Of a stretch of 55,446 nucleotides of DNA, positions 35,547-44,488 are shown one piece after another. A program made the translations under genes and the position numbers. The notes under the pieces were generated by a model, which saw only the letters and a program-made list of their open reading frames with translations, was not told where the DNA came from and made no database searches. The stretch covers positions 1-55,446 of the IMG/VR virus record IMGVR_UViG_3300030430_001863. One strand, 5' to 3'. Each line of letters begins with the position of its first letter. The stretch's first letter is position 1. This DNA is from a virus (Duplodnaviria; Caudoviricetes).

Positions 35547-35911
35547 GTACCTTAAAAGCAGATACAATCGTAGCAAGTGATGGTAGCAGCCCTGTAACGC
35601 TGACTAAGCAACATGCGGCAAAAGTCTGGATTCAGTTTGCTATGGGTACGCCTACAATCCAGAGCAGTTTTAATATCTCTAGCATGACGGATACGGGAAC
35701 TGGTGATGCGGCAGCTAACATAACAAACGCCTTTGGTTCAGCAACTGGATACTCTTTAACTGGTGGCGGCAATCATTACACTTTAGGCAATGATGTTGTT
35801 GATAACGATTCAGCCTCGGTTATTTCTTACAGACAGTTCGACAATTCTGCAGCAGCAGCTGATGGGGGTGGCACTAACTGCTCAATGACAGCGCACGGAG
35901 ACCTAGCATGA
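35543..35911 (+). CDS. GDLA cassette 1
   Basis: PVTLTKQ.AAKVW; SFN.SS.TD.GTG; ends GDLA. Confidence 0.75.
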   Translation: MSTLKADTIVASDGSSPVTLTKQHAAKVWIQFAMGTPTIQSSFNISSMTDTGTGDAAANITNAFGSATGYSLTGGGNHYTLGNDVVDNDSASVISYRQFDNSAAAADGGGTNCSMTAHGDLA

Positions 35912-36291
35912 GTACCCTTCTTGTAAACACGCTCACTGGTACAAGCACTGCTGGCTCTATCTCTGTTACAGGCGAAGGTAACAGCACAACAACTAATCTT
36001 CAGCAGGGGTTGGCGAAGGCTTGGTCATGTATTGACGGTATAGGCACGATAAACTTGCGTGATAGCTTTAACACGGCGAGTCTGACAGATAACGGCACAG
36101 GAGATTACACAGCTACATATTCATCTGCAATGAACAACGATGATTACGCCCACCCACTTGGCGCGTCTGTTGGAAGTGATTTTGTATTTAGTAGTGCTAC
36201 TACTAACATAAGAATTAAACCATTTAGCGTAGGTGGTAATCAAGCTGATTGTGACCCAGAAACATTTGCAATATTTGGAGACTTAGCGTAA
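35908..36291 (+). CDS. GDLA cassette 2
   Basis: EGNSTTTNLQQGLAKAW; ends GDLA. Confidence 0.75.
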   Translation: MSTLLVNTLTGTSTAGSISVTGEGNSTTTNLQQGLAKAWSCIDGIGTINLRDSFNTASLTDNGTGDYTATYSSAMNNDDYAHPLGASVGSDFVFSSATTNIRIKPFSVGGNQADCDPETFAIFGDLA

Positions 36292-36668
36292 TGGCTGGAA
36301 AAATTGTAGCAGACCAGTTAGAACACAGCACCGCAGGGTCGGTTGATACGCAGTATGTTGTCAAGGGTAGTGCGAAACATATGGTGTGGGCAGATACTAA
36401 TACTTCTAATACCATAAGAAAATCTCTTAATAACAGCTCTATTACAGACAATGGAACTGGAGACTACACTTTCGTAGCGACCTCTGCTTTTTCTGATATT
36501 TATAGTTATGTAGGCTGTTGTACTGGTTCGGCTAGTGACCCAAATGCGTCTGGTGAAAATGGTTCAATTTATACAACAACATCATCTTGTACGTTTATAA
36601 CACAAGATTACAACGGGTCTACTGGCGATGCAGATTTAACTTTTTTAAGTGTTGGGGACTTAGCATAA
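36291..36668 (+). CDS. GDLA cassette 3
   Basis: SLNNSSITDNGTGDY; ends GDLA. Confidence 0.75.
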   Translation: MAGKIVADQLEHSTAGSVDTQYVVKGSAKHMVWADTNTSNTIRKSLNNSSITDNGTGDYTFVATSAFSDIYSYVGCCTGSASDPNASGENGSIYTTTSSCTFITQDYNGSTGDADLTFLSVGDLA

Positions 36669-37144
36669 TGGAAACACCTGAATTTCAAGGCACACACTTA
36701 TGGGACAGACTGTGCTGGGCAAAAGAAAACCTTGAGCCGCATCAGTCTGAGTATCGTGTCGTGTATGAAGACAGTATAGACGAGTGCGCCAAGATACTCG
36801 TGCCAGACCCTAATTGGATGGCCTGTGCATTGCAGGGTGGCATCCTACCACCAGTATGGGTGTATTGGGAGCTTGCCAAAGACGAAGCACAGCCAGACTT
36901 CAAGAAGCATACTCGTGGCTATCTCTTGCATAACACAGAGCCTGTTGAGGCTATGACAGAGGAGCAAGCCTTAGAATATCTCATAATGAAAGACTGCCCA
37001 CAACATGTTTGGCGTGAGTGGGATAGCGGTAACAAGCCAAAACTGGTAATATGCAAAAAAGAACAGCTTCCAGCAACAAGAGAGTGGCGTAATGCTTGGA
37101 AGATTAGTGAAGACCTAGCCACTGATAAAACTGTAGCCGCATAA
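36668..37144 (+). CDS. Conserved tail-associated protein
   Basis: PDPNWMACAL.GGILP, WRNAW. Confidence 0.7.
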   Translation: METPEFQGTHLWDRLCWAKENLEPHQSEYRVVYEDSIDECAKILVPDPNWMACALQGGILPPVWVYWELAKDEAQPDFKKHTRGYLLHNTEPVEAMTEEQALEYLIMKDCPQHVWREWDSGNKPKLVICKKEQLPATREWRNAWKISEDLATDKTVAA

Positions 37145-37155
37145 GGAGTAACCCA

Positions 37156-37527
37156 ATGGCAACAACTTATATTGTAGATAAGGACGGCAATCAGGTTGAT
37201 GCCTCAACTGTTACCGTTCCATCAGACCGTCATTTTCGTGGAGCATGGACTTTGAATGGCAAAGTCATCTCTGAAGATATGACAAAAGCAAAAGAAATCT
37301 TCAAGGACAAGATCCGTGAAGTTCGTGCGCCTCTGCTTGATGCAGAAGACGTAGTGTACATGAAGGCACTAGAGGCTGACAATGCAACCGCAAAGACTGC
37401 TTCTGTAAACAAGAAGAAAGCACTTCGTGATGCGCCTGCTGCAAAAGCAATTACTGATGCAGACACAATCGCAAAGCTGAAGGCAGCTTGGGATACAGAC
37501 GTACTTGGTGCTAGCCCTTACGCATAA
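37156..37527 (+). CDS. Tail fibre assembly chaperone-like protein
   Basis: R.FRGAW, REVRAPLL...D, ALRDAP. Confidence 0.65.
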   Translation: MATTYIVDKDGNQVDASTVTVPSDRHFRGAWTLNGKVISEDMTKAKEIFKDKIREVRAPLLDAEDVVYMKALEADNATAKTASVNKKKALRDAPAAKAITDADTIAKLKAAWDTDVLGASPYA

Positions 37528-37560
37528 GCGTAGGGGTTATCCCTTTCGGAGTATAGGTAG

Positions 37561-38130
37561 ATGGCGTTAACTAAAGTAGACCCTGTTCATGGAATTGATT
37601 TAGCGGACAAAGAATACTTTCACGTTGATTTAACAACCCTGCAAGGTAGCTTAACTGACAACACAACCGTCACTGTAGATTTTGGGGGTAGTGGTACAGT
37701 TAAGTATGATACTAAATCAAAATTTGATTCTTCAAACGATGCTTATCTATTAGGTAGCAGTGACGGTGTTTATTTAATTAGTTACAGTGTGGGCATATCT
37801 TCTACTACTACAAATACTGAGCAAATAGTTGACCACGGTGTCCAAGTACAAGTTGCTACAGATGGTTCAACCTTTGCTTCAATACAGGGCAATAGCGGTC
37901 ATCTTCAAGATAATGCTGGTGGTGAATACGGTTCTTTAACAGAATCTGGTGCTTTTATTTACAAAGCAACAACTGCTACAACAAAAGTTAGATTACAAGC
38001 CTATGCCAACATGGTAAGTTCTGGAACTTGGAAAATAGGTGAAGATATAAATGCCATACTAGCTTCCTCTTTAGTGACAGGTGGAGATGATGCTCGTGTT
38101 ACGTTTTTATCGATAGTGAGGGTTGCATAA
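37561..38130 (+). CDS. Beta-sandwich (C1q-like) receptor-binding candidate
   Basis: MALTKV, DTKSKFD, GVYLISY. Confidence 0.5.
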   Translation: MALTKVDPVHGIDLADKEYFHVDLTTLQGSLTDNTTVTVDFGGSGTVKYDTKSKFDSSNDAYLLGSSDGVYLISYSVGISSTTTNTEQIVDHGVQVQVATDGSTFASIQGNSGHLQDNAGGEYGSLTESGAFIYKATTATTKVRLQAYANMVSSGTWKIGEDINAILASSLVTGGDDARVTFLSIVRVA

Positions 38131-38588
38131 TGCCATACATAGGTAAATCCCCAGAGTTCGGTGTTCGCAACCGCTTCGTTTATCAAGCAACTGCTAGTCA
38201 GACTACCTTTAGTGGCAGCGACGGTGACAGTAAGACACTGACCTACACAGATAGTCTGTACATGGATGTGTATCAAAACGGTGTTCTTCTCAAGCCTGGG
38301 ACTGATTATGCCGCTACAACAGGCACCAGCGTTGTTTTGGTAACAGCCGCTACTTTGAACGACATTGTTGAGATGGTTGTGTATGACACGTTTGCCGTGG
38401 CTAGTTCGTATACTAAGACTGAAAGTGATACCCGCTACCCATTTAAGGGCAACAACAGCATCATCCGTCTAAATGGTCAGACCATCAGCGCGGACATCAC
38501 TATTGATAGCGATGAGAACGGCATATCGGCAGGACCAATCACACAGTCCGCTACCGTGACTGTTAACGGGTATTGGAGCATTGTATGA
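38130..38588 (+). CDS. Tail fibre module (MPYIG type), block 2
   Basis: ATASQTTFSG, DVYQNGVLL, DYAATTGTSVVL. Confidence 0.7.
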   Translation: MPYIGKSPEFGVRNRFVYQATASQTTFSGSDGDSKTLTYTDSLYMDVYQNGVLLKPGTDYAATTGTSVVLVTAATLNDIVEMVVYDTFAVASSYTKTESDTRYPFKGNNSIIRLNGQTISADITIDSDENGISAGPITQSATVTVNGYWSIV

Positions 38589-39013
38589 CCAGTGTATTGA
38601 ATGTAGATACTATTGCAGATAAGGCTGGCACTGGCCCTGTTGCATTGACTAAGCAACAGGCCGCTAAACATTGGGTTAACTATGATGCTGTCAACCAAAC
38701 AACAGATGGGTCATTCAATCAGAGCAGTTTGACTGATAATGCGGAAGGTGATTTTACTAGCACTTATACTAACGGATTATCTAGTGCTACTGATAAGTGT
38801 ATCATGACTAACACTTTTAACACCGTAAATGACGGTGCTAGTGGCAATTCAGGAGATACTAGGGGCGGTAGTAATTCAGACCAAGCGGGGGATAGTTCTC
38901 AGTCTGCATCTTTAATTAACTTTCACACTTATTACGGATCTAATGGTAGTTCAAATGGGGCTAAGGAAGATCACAATGGCTCGTATTGCATGACTGTAGG
39001 AGACCTAGCATAA
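38585..39013 (+). CDS. GDLA cassette 4
   Basis: PVALTKQQAAKHW; ends GDLA. Confidence 0.75.
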   Translation: MTSVLNVDTIADKAGTGPVALTKQQAAKHWVNYDAVNQTTDGSFNQSSLTDNAEGDFTSTYTNGLSSATDKCIMTNTFNTVNDGASGNSGDTRGGSNSDQAGDSSQSASLINFHTYYGSNGSSNGAKEDHNGSYCMTVGDLA

Positions 39014-39429
39014 TGGCAAGCATACTTAAAGTAGACACAATTACAGGTGTAGCTACCGCTGGGTCTATTGCGATTACTGGCGAGGGTAACTCGACCACGA
39101 CTAACTTGCAGCAGGGGTTGGCAAAGTCTTGGATTAATGTAAAGGGTACTGGCACGGCTAGCAGCGACATGATACGCGATTCTTTCAACATTAGTTCGGA
39201 CACCGACAACGGCACAGGAAACTATACTTTTGCGTTCTCTTCAAATATGAACAATGATGATTATGCTGCAGGTTCTGGGGTAAGTGGGTCTACAGATGCT
39301 GGTAATTTTAATCCCGCAGGAATTTGTAACAGAACAACTAGTAATTATGTAATGGATATAGAAAATGCTAGTAGCGTTGGAACTGACCCTGGCATAGGAG
39401 ATGCAACAATTTTTGGAGACCTCGCGTAA
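39013..39429 (+). CDS. GDLA cassette 5
   Basis: EGNSTTTNLQQGLAKSW; ends GDLA. Confidence 0.75.
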   Translation: MASILKVDTITGVATAGSIAITGEGNSTTTNLQQGLAKSWINVKGTGTASSDMIRDSFNISSDTDNGTGNYTFAFSSNMNNDDYAAGSGVSGSTDAGNFNPAGICNRTTSNYVMDIENASSVGTDPGIGDATIFGDLA

Positions 39430-39812
39430 TGGCAAGCGAACTGAGAGTAAACACCTTAAAAGATAGTGCAGGTAACAACTCCATTGGCATGAGCTTTGTT
39501 GCAGGGGGAACTGCAAAAGTAACAGGAAACTTGCAAGAAGATGCTAGTAGCAATTCTACAGTTTCAATGAACATATCGAGTGTTACTGATGGCTCTGCTG
39601 GATTAAATACTGTTGCAGTTAGCACTGCCTTTACTGGGGCTTTGGCTGTAGCAGCTTTAATTAGCAATCACGATAGTAGCTATAATCGGACTCATACAGT
39701 TGATGATACAAGTGCATCTTCATTTATTACCCGTGCTGTTACCGCATCAGGTGGCACACTTACTGATACAAATGCCGCACATTCAATAGCGTTTTTTGGA
39801 GATCTAGCATGA
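39429..39812 (+). CDS. GDLA cassette 6
   Basis: SMNISSVTD; ends GDLA. Confidence 0.75.
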   Translation: MASELRVNTLKDSAGNNSIGMSFVAGGTAKVTGNLQEDASSNSTVSMNISSVTDGSAGLNTVAVSTAFTGALAVAALISNHDSSYNRTHTVDDTSASSFITRAVTASGGTLTDTNAAHSIAFFGDLA

Positions 39813-40243
39813 GTAGAGCCGCAGACTTAGCCGCCCTGATTGTTGACGTCAACACTACAGAGGCGAAAACAGACGAGCTTACTGGCAAGACCACTGCTAG
39901 TTCTATTGCTGTAACTGCTGAAGGCGGTAGCACAACCACAACCTTGCAACAGGGATTGGCGAAGGCTTTTTCAAATTTTAATGGTCTTGCTGGTACAGTT
40001 GCTTTTGCTGATAGTTTTAATTACTCATCTGTAACAGACAACACAACTGGTGATTTTAATTTAAGTTTTACTAATAATATGGGAAGTGCACTTTATGCTG
40101 TAGGAATTTCCTGTACGTTTTTTAATGGGATATATAGTGGGGGTGTGGCGGCTGCTAGCATTAGAATTTTTACTTCTAACGCTTCTGGCACGTTGCAAGA
40201 TAGAGACGATACGACAACTTCAATTCATGGAGACCTCGCATAA
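39809..40243 (+). CDS. GDLA cassette 7
   Basis: EGGSTTTTLQQGLAKAF; ends GDLA. Confidence 0.75.
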   Translation: MSRAADLAALIVDVNTTEAKTDELTGKTTASSIAVTAEGGSTTTTLQQGLAKAFSNFNGLAGTVAFADSFNYSSVTDNTTGDFNLSFTNNMGSALYAVGISCTFFNGIYSGGVAAASIRIFTSNASGTLQDRDDTTTSIHGDLA

Positions 40244-40717
40244 ATGCCTTTAACCAAGCTACAGTTCAAACCTGGAGTGGTTAAAGACACAACAGCTTAC
40301 TCAAACGAAGGTGGGTGGGTTGACAGTGACCTCATACGTTTTAGGTTTGGTTATCCTGAAAAAATAGGTGGGTGGGAGTCTCGTACAAACGATACAATAG
40401 TTGGTACGCCAAGAGCTTTGCATTCATGGCAGTCTCTAAATAACACGCCGTTTATTGGTATTGGTACGCATCAAAAGTATTACATTGAGAGTAGCGGTAA
40501 TATTTTTAATATTACTCCCATTAGAACAACTTTTATGATTCCTGCTAAACCCACAGGTAATCAGGCGACAACTTCGTTAGGAACTGTTACAGTAGAAACA
40601 GAAAACTTCCAGAGTGCGCTGCTTTCTAATGTTACAGGGCTTGTTGGAAACCTACAAATTAACTTCTACGTTACAGCTACGGCCTCTGTTGGAAATGTTA
40701 CTGTAACAACTTCATAG
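40244..40717 (+). CDS. Tail nozzle/DNA-stabilisation protein, N-terminal part
   Basis: LQFKPG, RFRFGYPEKIGGW, ITPIR. Confidence 0.65.
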   Translation: MPLTKLQFKPGVVKDTTAYSNEGGWVDSDLIRFRFGYPEKIGGWESRTNDTIVGTPRALHSWQSLNNTPFIGIGTHQKYYIESSGNIFNITPIRTTFMIPAKPTGNQATTSLGTVTVETENFQSALLSNVTGLVGNLQINFYVTATASVGNVTVTTS

Positions 40718-40724
40718 GTGAGTC

Positions 40725-42608
40725 ATGGCTGATATTACTGTTTCCGCGTCAGGCTTATCTTCTACCAGTTCTATAGGAACAGTTACGCTTCCTGGTGCAA
40801 TAAATGTCATTGCTGTTACAGGGGTGTCTTCTGCTGGCTCCATCGGGACGGCTAGAGCACCTGGTGCAATAAATGTTTTTCCTGTAACTAGCCCTGCTTT
40901 AACCTCTTCTTTGAACAGTGTTTCGGCTTCAGGCAACATTAGCATTCCTGTAACAGGCTTTTCTCTTACATCTACAGCGGGTAATCCGCGTATTGTTACC
41001 GTAATACTGACAGGTGTTTCAGCTAGCACAACACTTGGCTCGGCAGTGGCTCAAGTCGGTGTTGTTTTAGGCAGCAACCTTACTTTTTCAACTACTCAAG
41101 ACAGCACAACCGTTACTGTAAGCCACTCCAGTCATGGCGCGACTACAGGAGACTATATAACTATTTCTGACGCTAATTTTGGTGGGCTGTACACAACCTT
41201 AGTTGGCTTGTTAAACGGTGAGCATACTATAACTGTTATAGATGATGGATCTTATACCTTTACCATCGCTCAAGGCGCAGAAGTGTCTTTGTTAAATTCT
41301 GGCGAAGCTAATGTAGCTTATGAAATAACCCCTGGCTTAGACAATGTTGTTGGTGGGTATGGCTGGGGTGCAGGAACATGGGGCAGGAATGGCTGGAACG
41401 AACCAGCCGACACACTTGCTACAAATCAGCTACGGTTTTGGAAGCACGACAATTTTGGTGAAGACCTTATCTTTAACATTCGTGGCGGTAGAATATATTA
41501 TTGGGATGCCACAACAGGGTTTACTGAACGTGCTAGAGATATAAGTTTCTATTCTACCAGTGCGCCTATTGCTGCAAATCAAGTTCTTGTTTCAGACAGA
41601 GATCGTCATGTTATTGCTGTTGGTACAAACGCTATTGGCTCAAATGATTTAGACCCATTGCTTGTGCGCTTTAGTTCACAAGAGAATCCTTTTGATTGGA
41701 CGCCCACGGCAACAAATACCGCAGGTGATTTAAGGATAGGAAATGGTTCAGAAATAGTACAAGCAGTAGAAACTCGCCGTGAGGTTCTTTTAATTACGGA
41801 TAGTTCTGTGCATTCAATGCAATTTATTGGTCCTCCTTTTACTTTTGGAATTACACAGTTGTCAAATCAAACGACCATTCGCGGGGTTAACGCTGCGGTA
41901 GCTGTTGGCGATGCTGTTTTTTGGATGGGTGTGGATCGTTTCTATCTTTATGATGGTCGTGTTCAACCATTGCCTTGTACGTTAAGAGACTACATCTTTG
42001 ATGATTTTGATGAGCAACAAGCTAATAAAGTTTTTGCTGGATCTAATGCAGCCTTTGGTGAAGTCTTTTGGTTTTACCCTTCCGAAACAGGGTCTGGTGA
42101 GAACAACCGATATGTTGTTTACAACTACGAGCAAAAAATTTGGTATCATGGAAACCTTGAAAGAACAGCTTGGCTTGATCGTGGTATAAACGACTTCCCG
42201 TTAGCTACCACCTCTGCCTCAAACACATCTTACCCAAGTAAGCTATATGATCACGAGATTGGCTCTGATGCTGACGGTGTGGCTATATCATCATTTATAG
42301 AGTCTGCGCCGATTGATATTGGTGATGGTGACAGCTTCTTGTTTATTCGCCGCATGATACCTGATGTAAACTTTGACAGATCTACATCTACTGCAACAAA
42401 AGAAGCAACTATAACGCTCAAGTCACAACGCTCTCCTGCAGGTGGATTTACAACTTCTAAGGCTTTAACAGTTACTGACACAACAGAACAGAACCATACA
42501 AGACTAAGAGGAAGGTCTTTTGGTTTGAGGATAGAATCCGATAACTTGGGTGTGGCTTGGAGACTTGGTTCTCCTCGTTTGGAAATACAACAGGACGGTA
42601 AACGATGA
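40725..42608 (+). CDS. Tail nozzle/DNA-stabilisation protein (P22 gp10-like), main part
   Basis: DNFGEDLI, DRHVI, GPPFTFG, FWMG, EVFWFYPS, RTAWLD, DGKR. Confidence 0.7.
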   Translation: MADITVSASGLSSTSSIGTVTLPGAINVIAVTGVSSAGSIGTARAPGAINVFPVTSPALTSSLNSVSASGNISIPVTGFSLTSTAGNPRIVTVILTGVSASTTLGSAVAQVGVVLGSNLTFSTTQDSTTVTVSHSSHGATTGDYITISDANFGGLYTTLVGLLNGEHTITVIDDGSYTFTIAQGAEVSLLNSGEANVAYEITPGLDNVVGGYGWGAGTWGRNGWNEPADTLATNQLRFWKHDNFGEDLIFNIRGGRIYYWDATTGFTERARDISFYSTSAPIAANQVLVSDRDRHVIAVGTNAIGSNDLDPLLVRFSSQENPFDWTPTATNTAGDLRIGNGSEIVQAVETRREVLLITDSSVHSMQFIGPPFTFGITQLSNQTTIRGVNAAVAVGDAVFWMGVDRFYLYDGRVQPLPCTLRDYIFDDFDEQQANKVFAGSNAAFGEVFWFYPSETGSGENNRYVVYNYEQKIWYHGNLERTAWLDRGINDFPLATTSASNTSYPSKLYDHEIGSDADGVAISSFIESAPIDIGDGDSFLFIRRMIPDVNFDRSTSTATKEATITLKSQRSPAGGFTTSKALTVTDTTEQNHTRLRGRSFGLRIESDNLGVAWRLGSPRLEIQQDGKR

Positions 42609-42832
42609 GCAGAGACCTTGTACCGCCACAGTTTCCGTTAGCTCCTGAAGAGTACGATAGGCAGTATTTTGATGAGATGGTTCGCTCTTTGACTCAACTT
42701 GTGGTACAGTTACAAAACCCAGGTGAGTTGCGAGGCACAAAAATAACACTCACAGACTTACCGACATCTGCTACTGGACTTGAAACAGGGGCTTTGTATA
42801 ATGATGGTGGGACGGTGAAGGTGGTGCTATGA
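42605..42832 (+). CDS. Small tail protein
   Basis: LPTSATGLETG.LYNDGG.VKV. Confidence 0.65.
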   Translation: MSRDLVPPQFPLAPEEYDRQYFDEMVRSLTQLVVQLQNPGELRGTKITLTDLPTSATGLETGALYNDGGTVKVVL

Positions 42833-43623
42833 GCATTCTAAAGAAACTAGCTCCGATAGCAGGTGGCGCGATAGGATATCTCATTGGTGGTCCTGCGGGT
42901 AGTGCTGCGTTAAACGCGGCTCTTGGATCTGGGATTGGCACTCTTCTCGCTGGTGGCGACACAGACGATGTTATAAAGAATGCTATACTTGCTGGCGGCG
43001 CGGGGGCTGGGCTTGGTGCTCTTGGCATAGGCACAGGAGCAACAGGTGTTGCAGCGCAATCGGCAGGAGCAAAAGCCGCTACTCAAGCCGCCGCCGCAAA
43101 AGCCGCAGAGGCCACTGCCGCAAAAGCCGCCGCCGCAAAAGCCGCTAAAGGTGGTCTTTTTGGCACGGGTCTTAGTGCTGGTGACATTGCCCTAGGGTCT
43201 AGTGTTTTAGGATTACTTGGCAAGGGTGAAGAAGAAGATATAACAGGACAGCCTGAAGGCGGTGAGTCTAGTCCTGATTATGAAGGAAAGCCCTATAAAG
43301 GCTTGTTTATAGACCCCGACACAGGAATAGCGTATGATACAATAGAAGAACTAGAGGACGCTGTAAAAGCGCGGATGACTTTAGCCTCTGGTGGTATTGT
43401 AACTCTTCAAGCAGGTGGTCTAATTGAGGGTCCAGGCACTGGAACCTCGGACGATATCAAAGCAGGTATCTATCAAAATGGTAAAAAAGTACAAGAAGCA
43501 AGACTTTCAGACGAAGAGTTTGTTATGACTAAGAAGGCTGTTACAGGCGCAGGAAACGGTGACCCTAAGAAAGGTGCTGATGTCATGTATTCTTTGATGG
43601 ATAAATTTGAAAGGATGGCGTGA
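42829..43623 (+). CDS. Internal virion/ejection protein
   Basis: Gly/Ala-rich N-terminus; GPGTGTSDDI, ARLSDEEFV. Confidence 0.65.
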   Translation: MSILKKLAPIAGGAIGYLIGGPAGSAALNAALGSGIGTLLAGGDTDDVIKNAILAGGAGAGLGALGIGTGATGVAAQSAGAKAATQAAAAKAAEATAAKAAAAKAAKGGLFGTGLSAGDIALGSSVLGLLGKGEEEDITGQPEGGESSPDYEGKPYKGLFIDPDTGIAYDTIEELEDAVKARMTLASGGIVTLQAGGLIEGPGTGTSDDIKAGIYQNGKKVQEARLSDEEFVMTKKAVTGAGNGDPKKGADVMYSLMDKFERMA

Positions 43624-44486
43624 TGACAGTTACTTCAACCTCACAGTCGCTTCCAAAGTATCAGGAAGAGTATTTAAAAAACATATTGTCCAGTGCAGAG
43701 ACACTAGCAAACCAACCCACCACGATTCCTGATTATCAGGTTGCTTCAATGTCGCCTGCCCAGCAACAGGCTATCCAACTTGGCCTTGCAGGGATTGGTG
43801 CTTATCAACCTATGATGCAGGCAGGGGCTTATACTCTAGGTCAAGGTGTAGCGTCTTTGTCTCCAGAAGGCTATCAACAGTTTATGAATCCTTACATAGA
43901 CCAAGTTGTTGACCAAAGTATGCAGGATTTACAACGTCAGGCAGACATCGAGCGTCAGCGAATTGGTTCTGGTGCCATACAAGGTGGTGCTTTTGGTGGT
44001 TCTCGTCAGGCAGTAGCCGAACAAGAACTACAGCGCAATACAGCGGATGCGTTGGCAAGACAATCATCACAACTGCGTTCACAGGCGTTTGAAAGCGCAC
44101 AGAACAGGGCACAGCAAGCTGGAGAATTGTTCGGCAAGCTCGGACTCCAACAAGCCGCTCTGGGCGAATCTGCGCAAGCTGCGCAACAGCGAGACATTAG
44201 CCTGCTATCACAGCTTGGTGGACAAGAGCAACAACAGCAACAAGCCGAGATTGATGCACAACGTGCCACGAGCCTTGAACGCCAGTTTGAGCCGTACCAA
44301 CGTATTGGCTTTATGTCTGACATATTCCGTGGCGTGCCGACACAAACACAGACACTGACCTCTACAACTGCGCCAAAGCCTAGCCTGATGTCACAGCTTG
44401 GCGGCATTGGCATGGGCATCGCAGGACTGCAACAAGCAGGAGCGTTTGGTGAAGGTGGATTGTTTAGCGGTCTGTTTGGGAGATAG
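43623..44486 (+). CDS. Internal virion/DNA transfer protein
   Basis: FMNPY, GAFGGSR, Gln-rich. Confidence 0.7.
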   Translation: MTVTSTSQSLPKYQEEYLKNILSSAETLANQPTTIPDYQVASMSPAQQQAIQLGLAGIGAYQPMMQAGAYTLGQGVASLSPEGYQQFMNPYIDQVVDQSMQDLQRQADIERQRIGSGAIQGGAFGGSRQAVAEQELQRNTADALARQSSQLRSQAFESAQNRAQQAGELFGKLGLQQAALGESAQAAQQRDISLLSQLGGQEQQQQQAEIDAQRATSLERQFEPYQRIGFMSDIFRGVPTQTQTLTSTTAPKPSLMSQLGGIGMGIAGLQQAGAFGEGGLFSGLFGR

Positions 44487-44488
44487 CG

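Noticed and set aside
35543-40243. Diversity-generating retroelement or shufflon
   Set aside because: No reverse transcriptase or invertase recognised, no near-identical TR/VR pair, and all cassettes are co-oriented
43070-43147. GCCGC/AAAA repeats as a DNA element
   Set aside because: Explained by an Ala/Lys low-complexity linker
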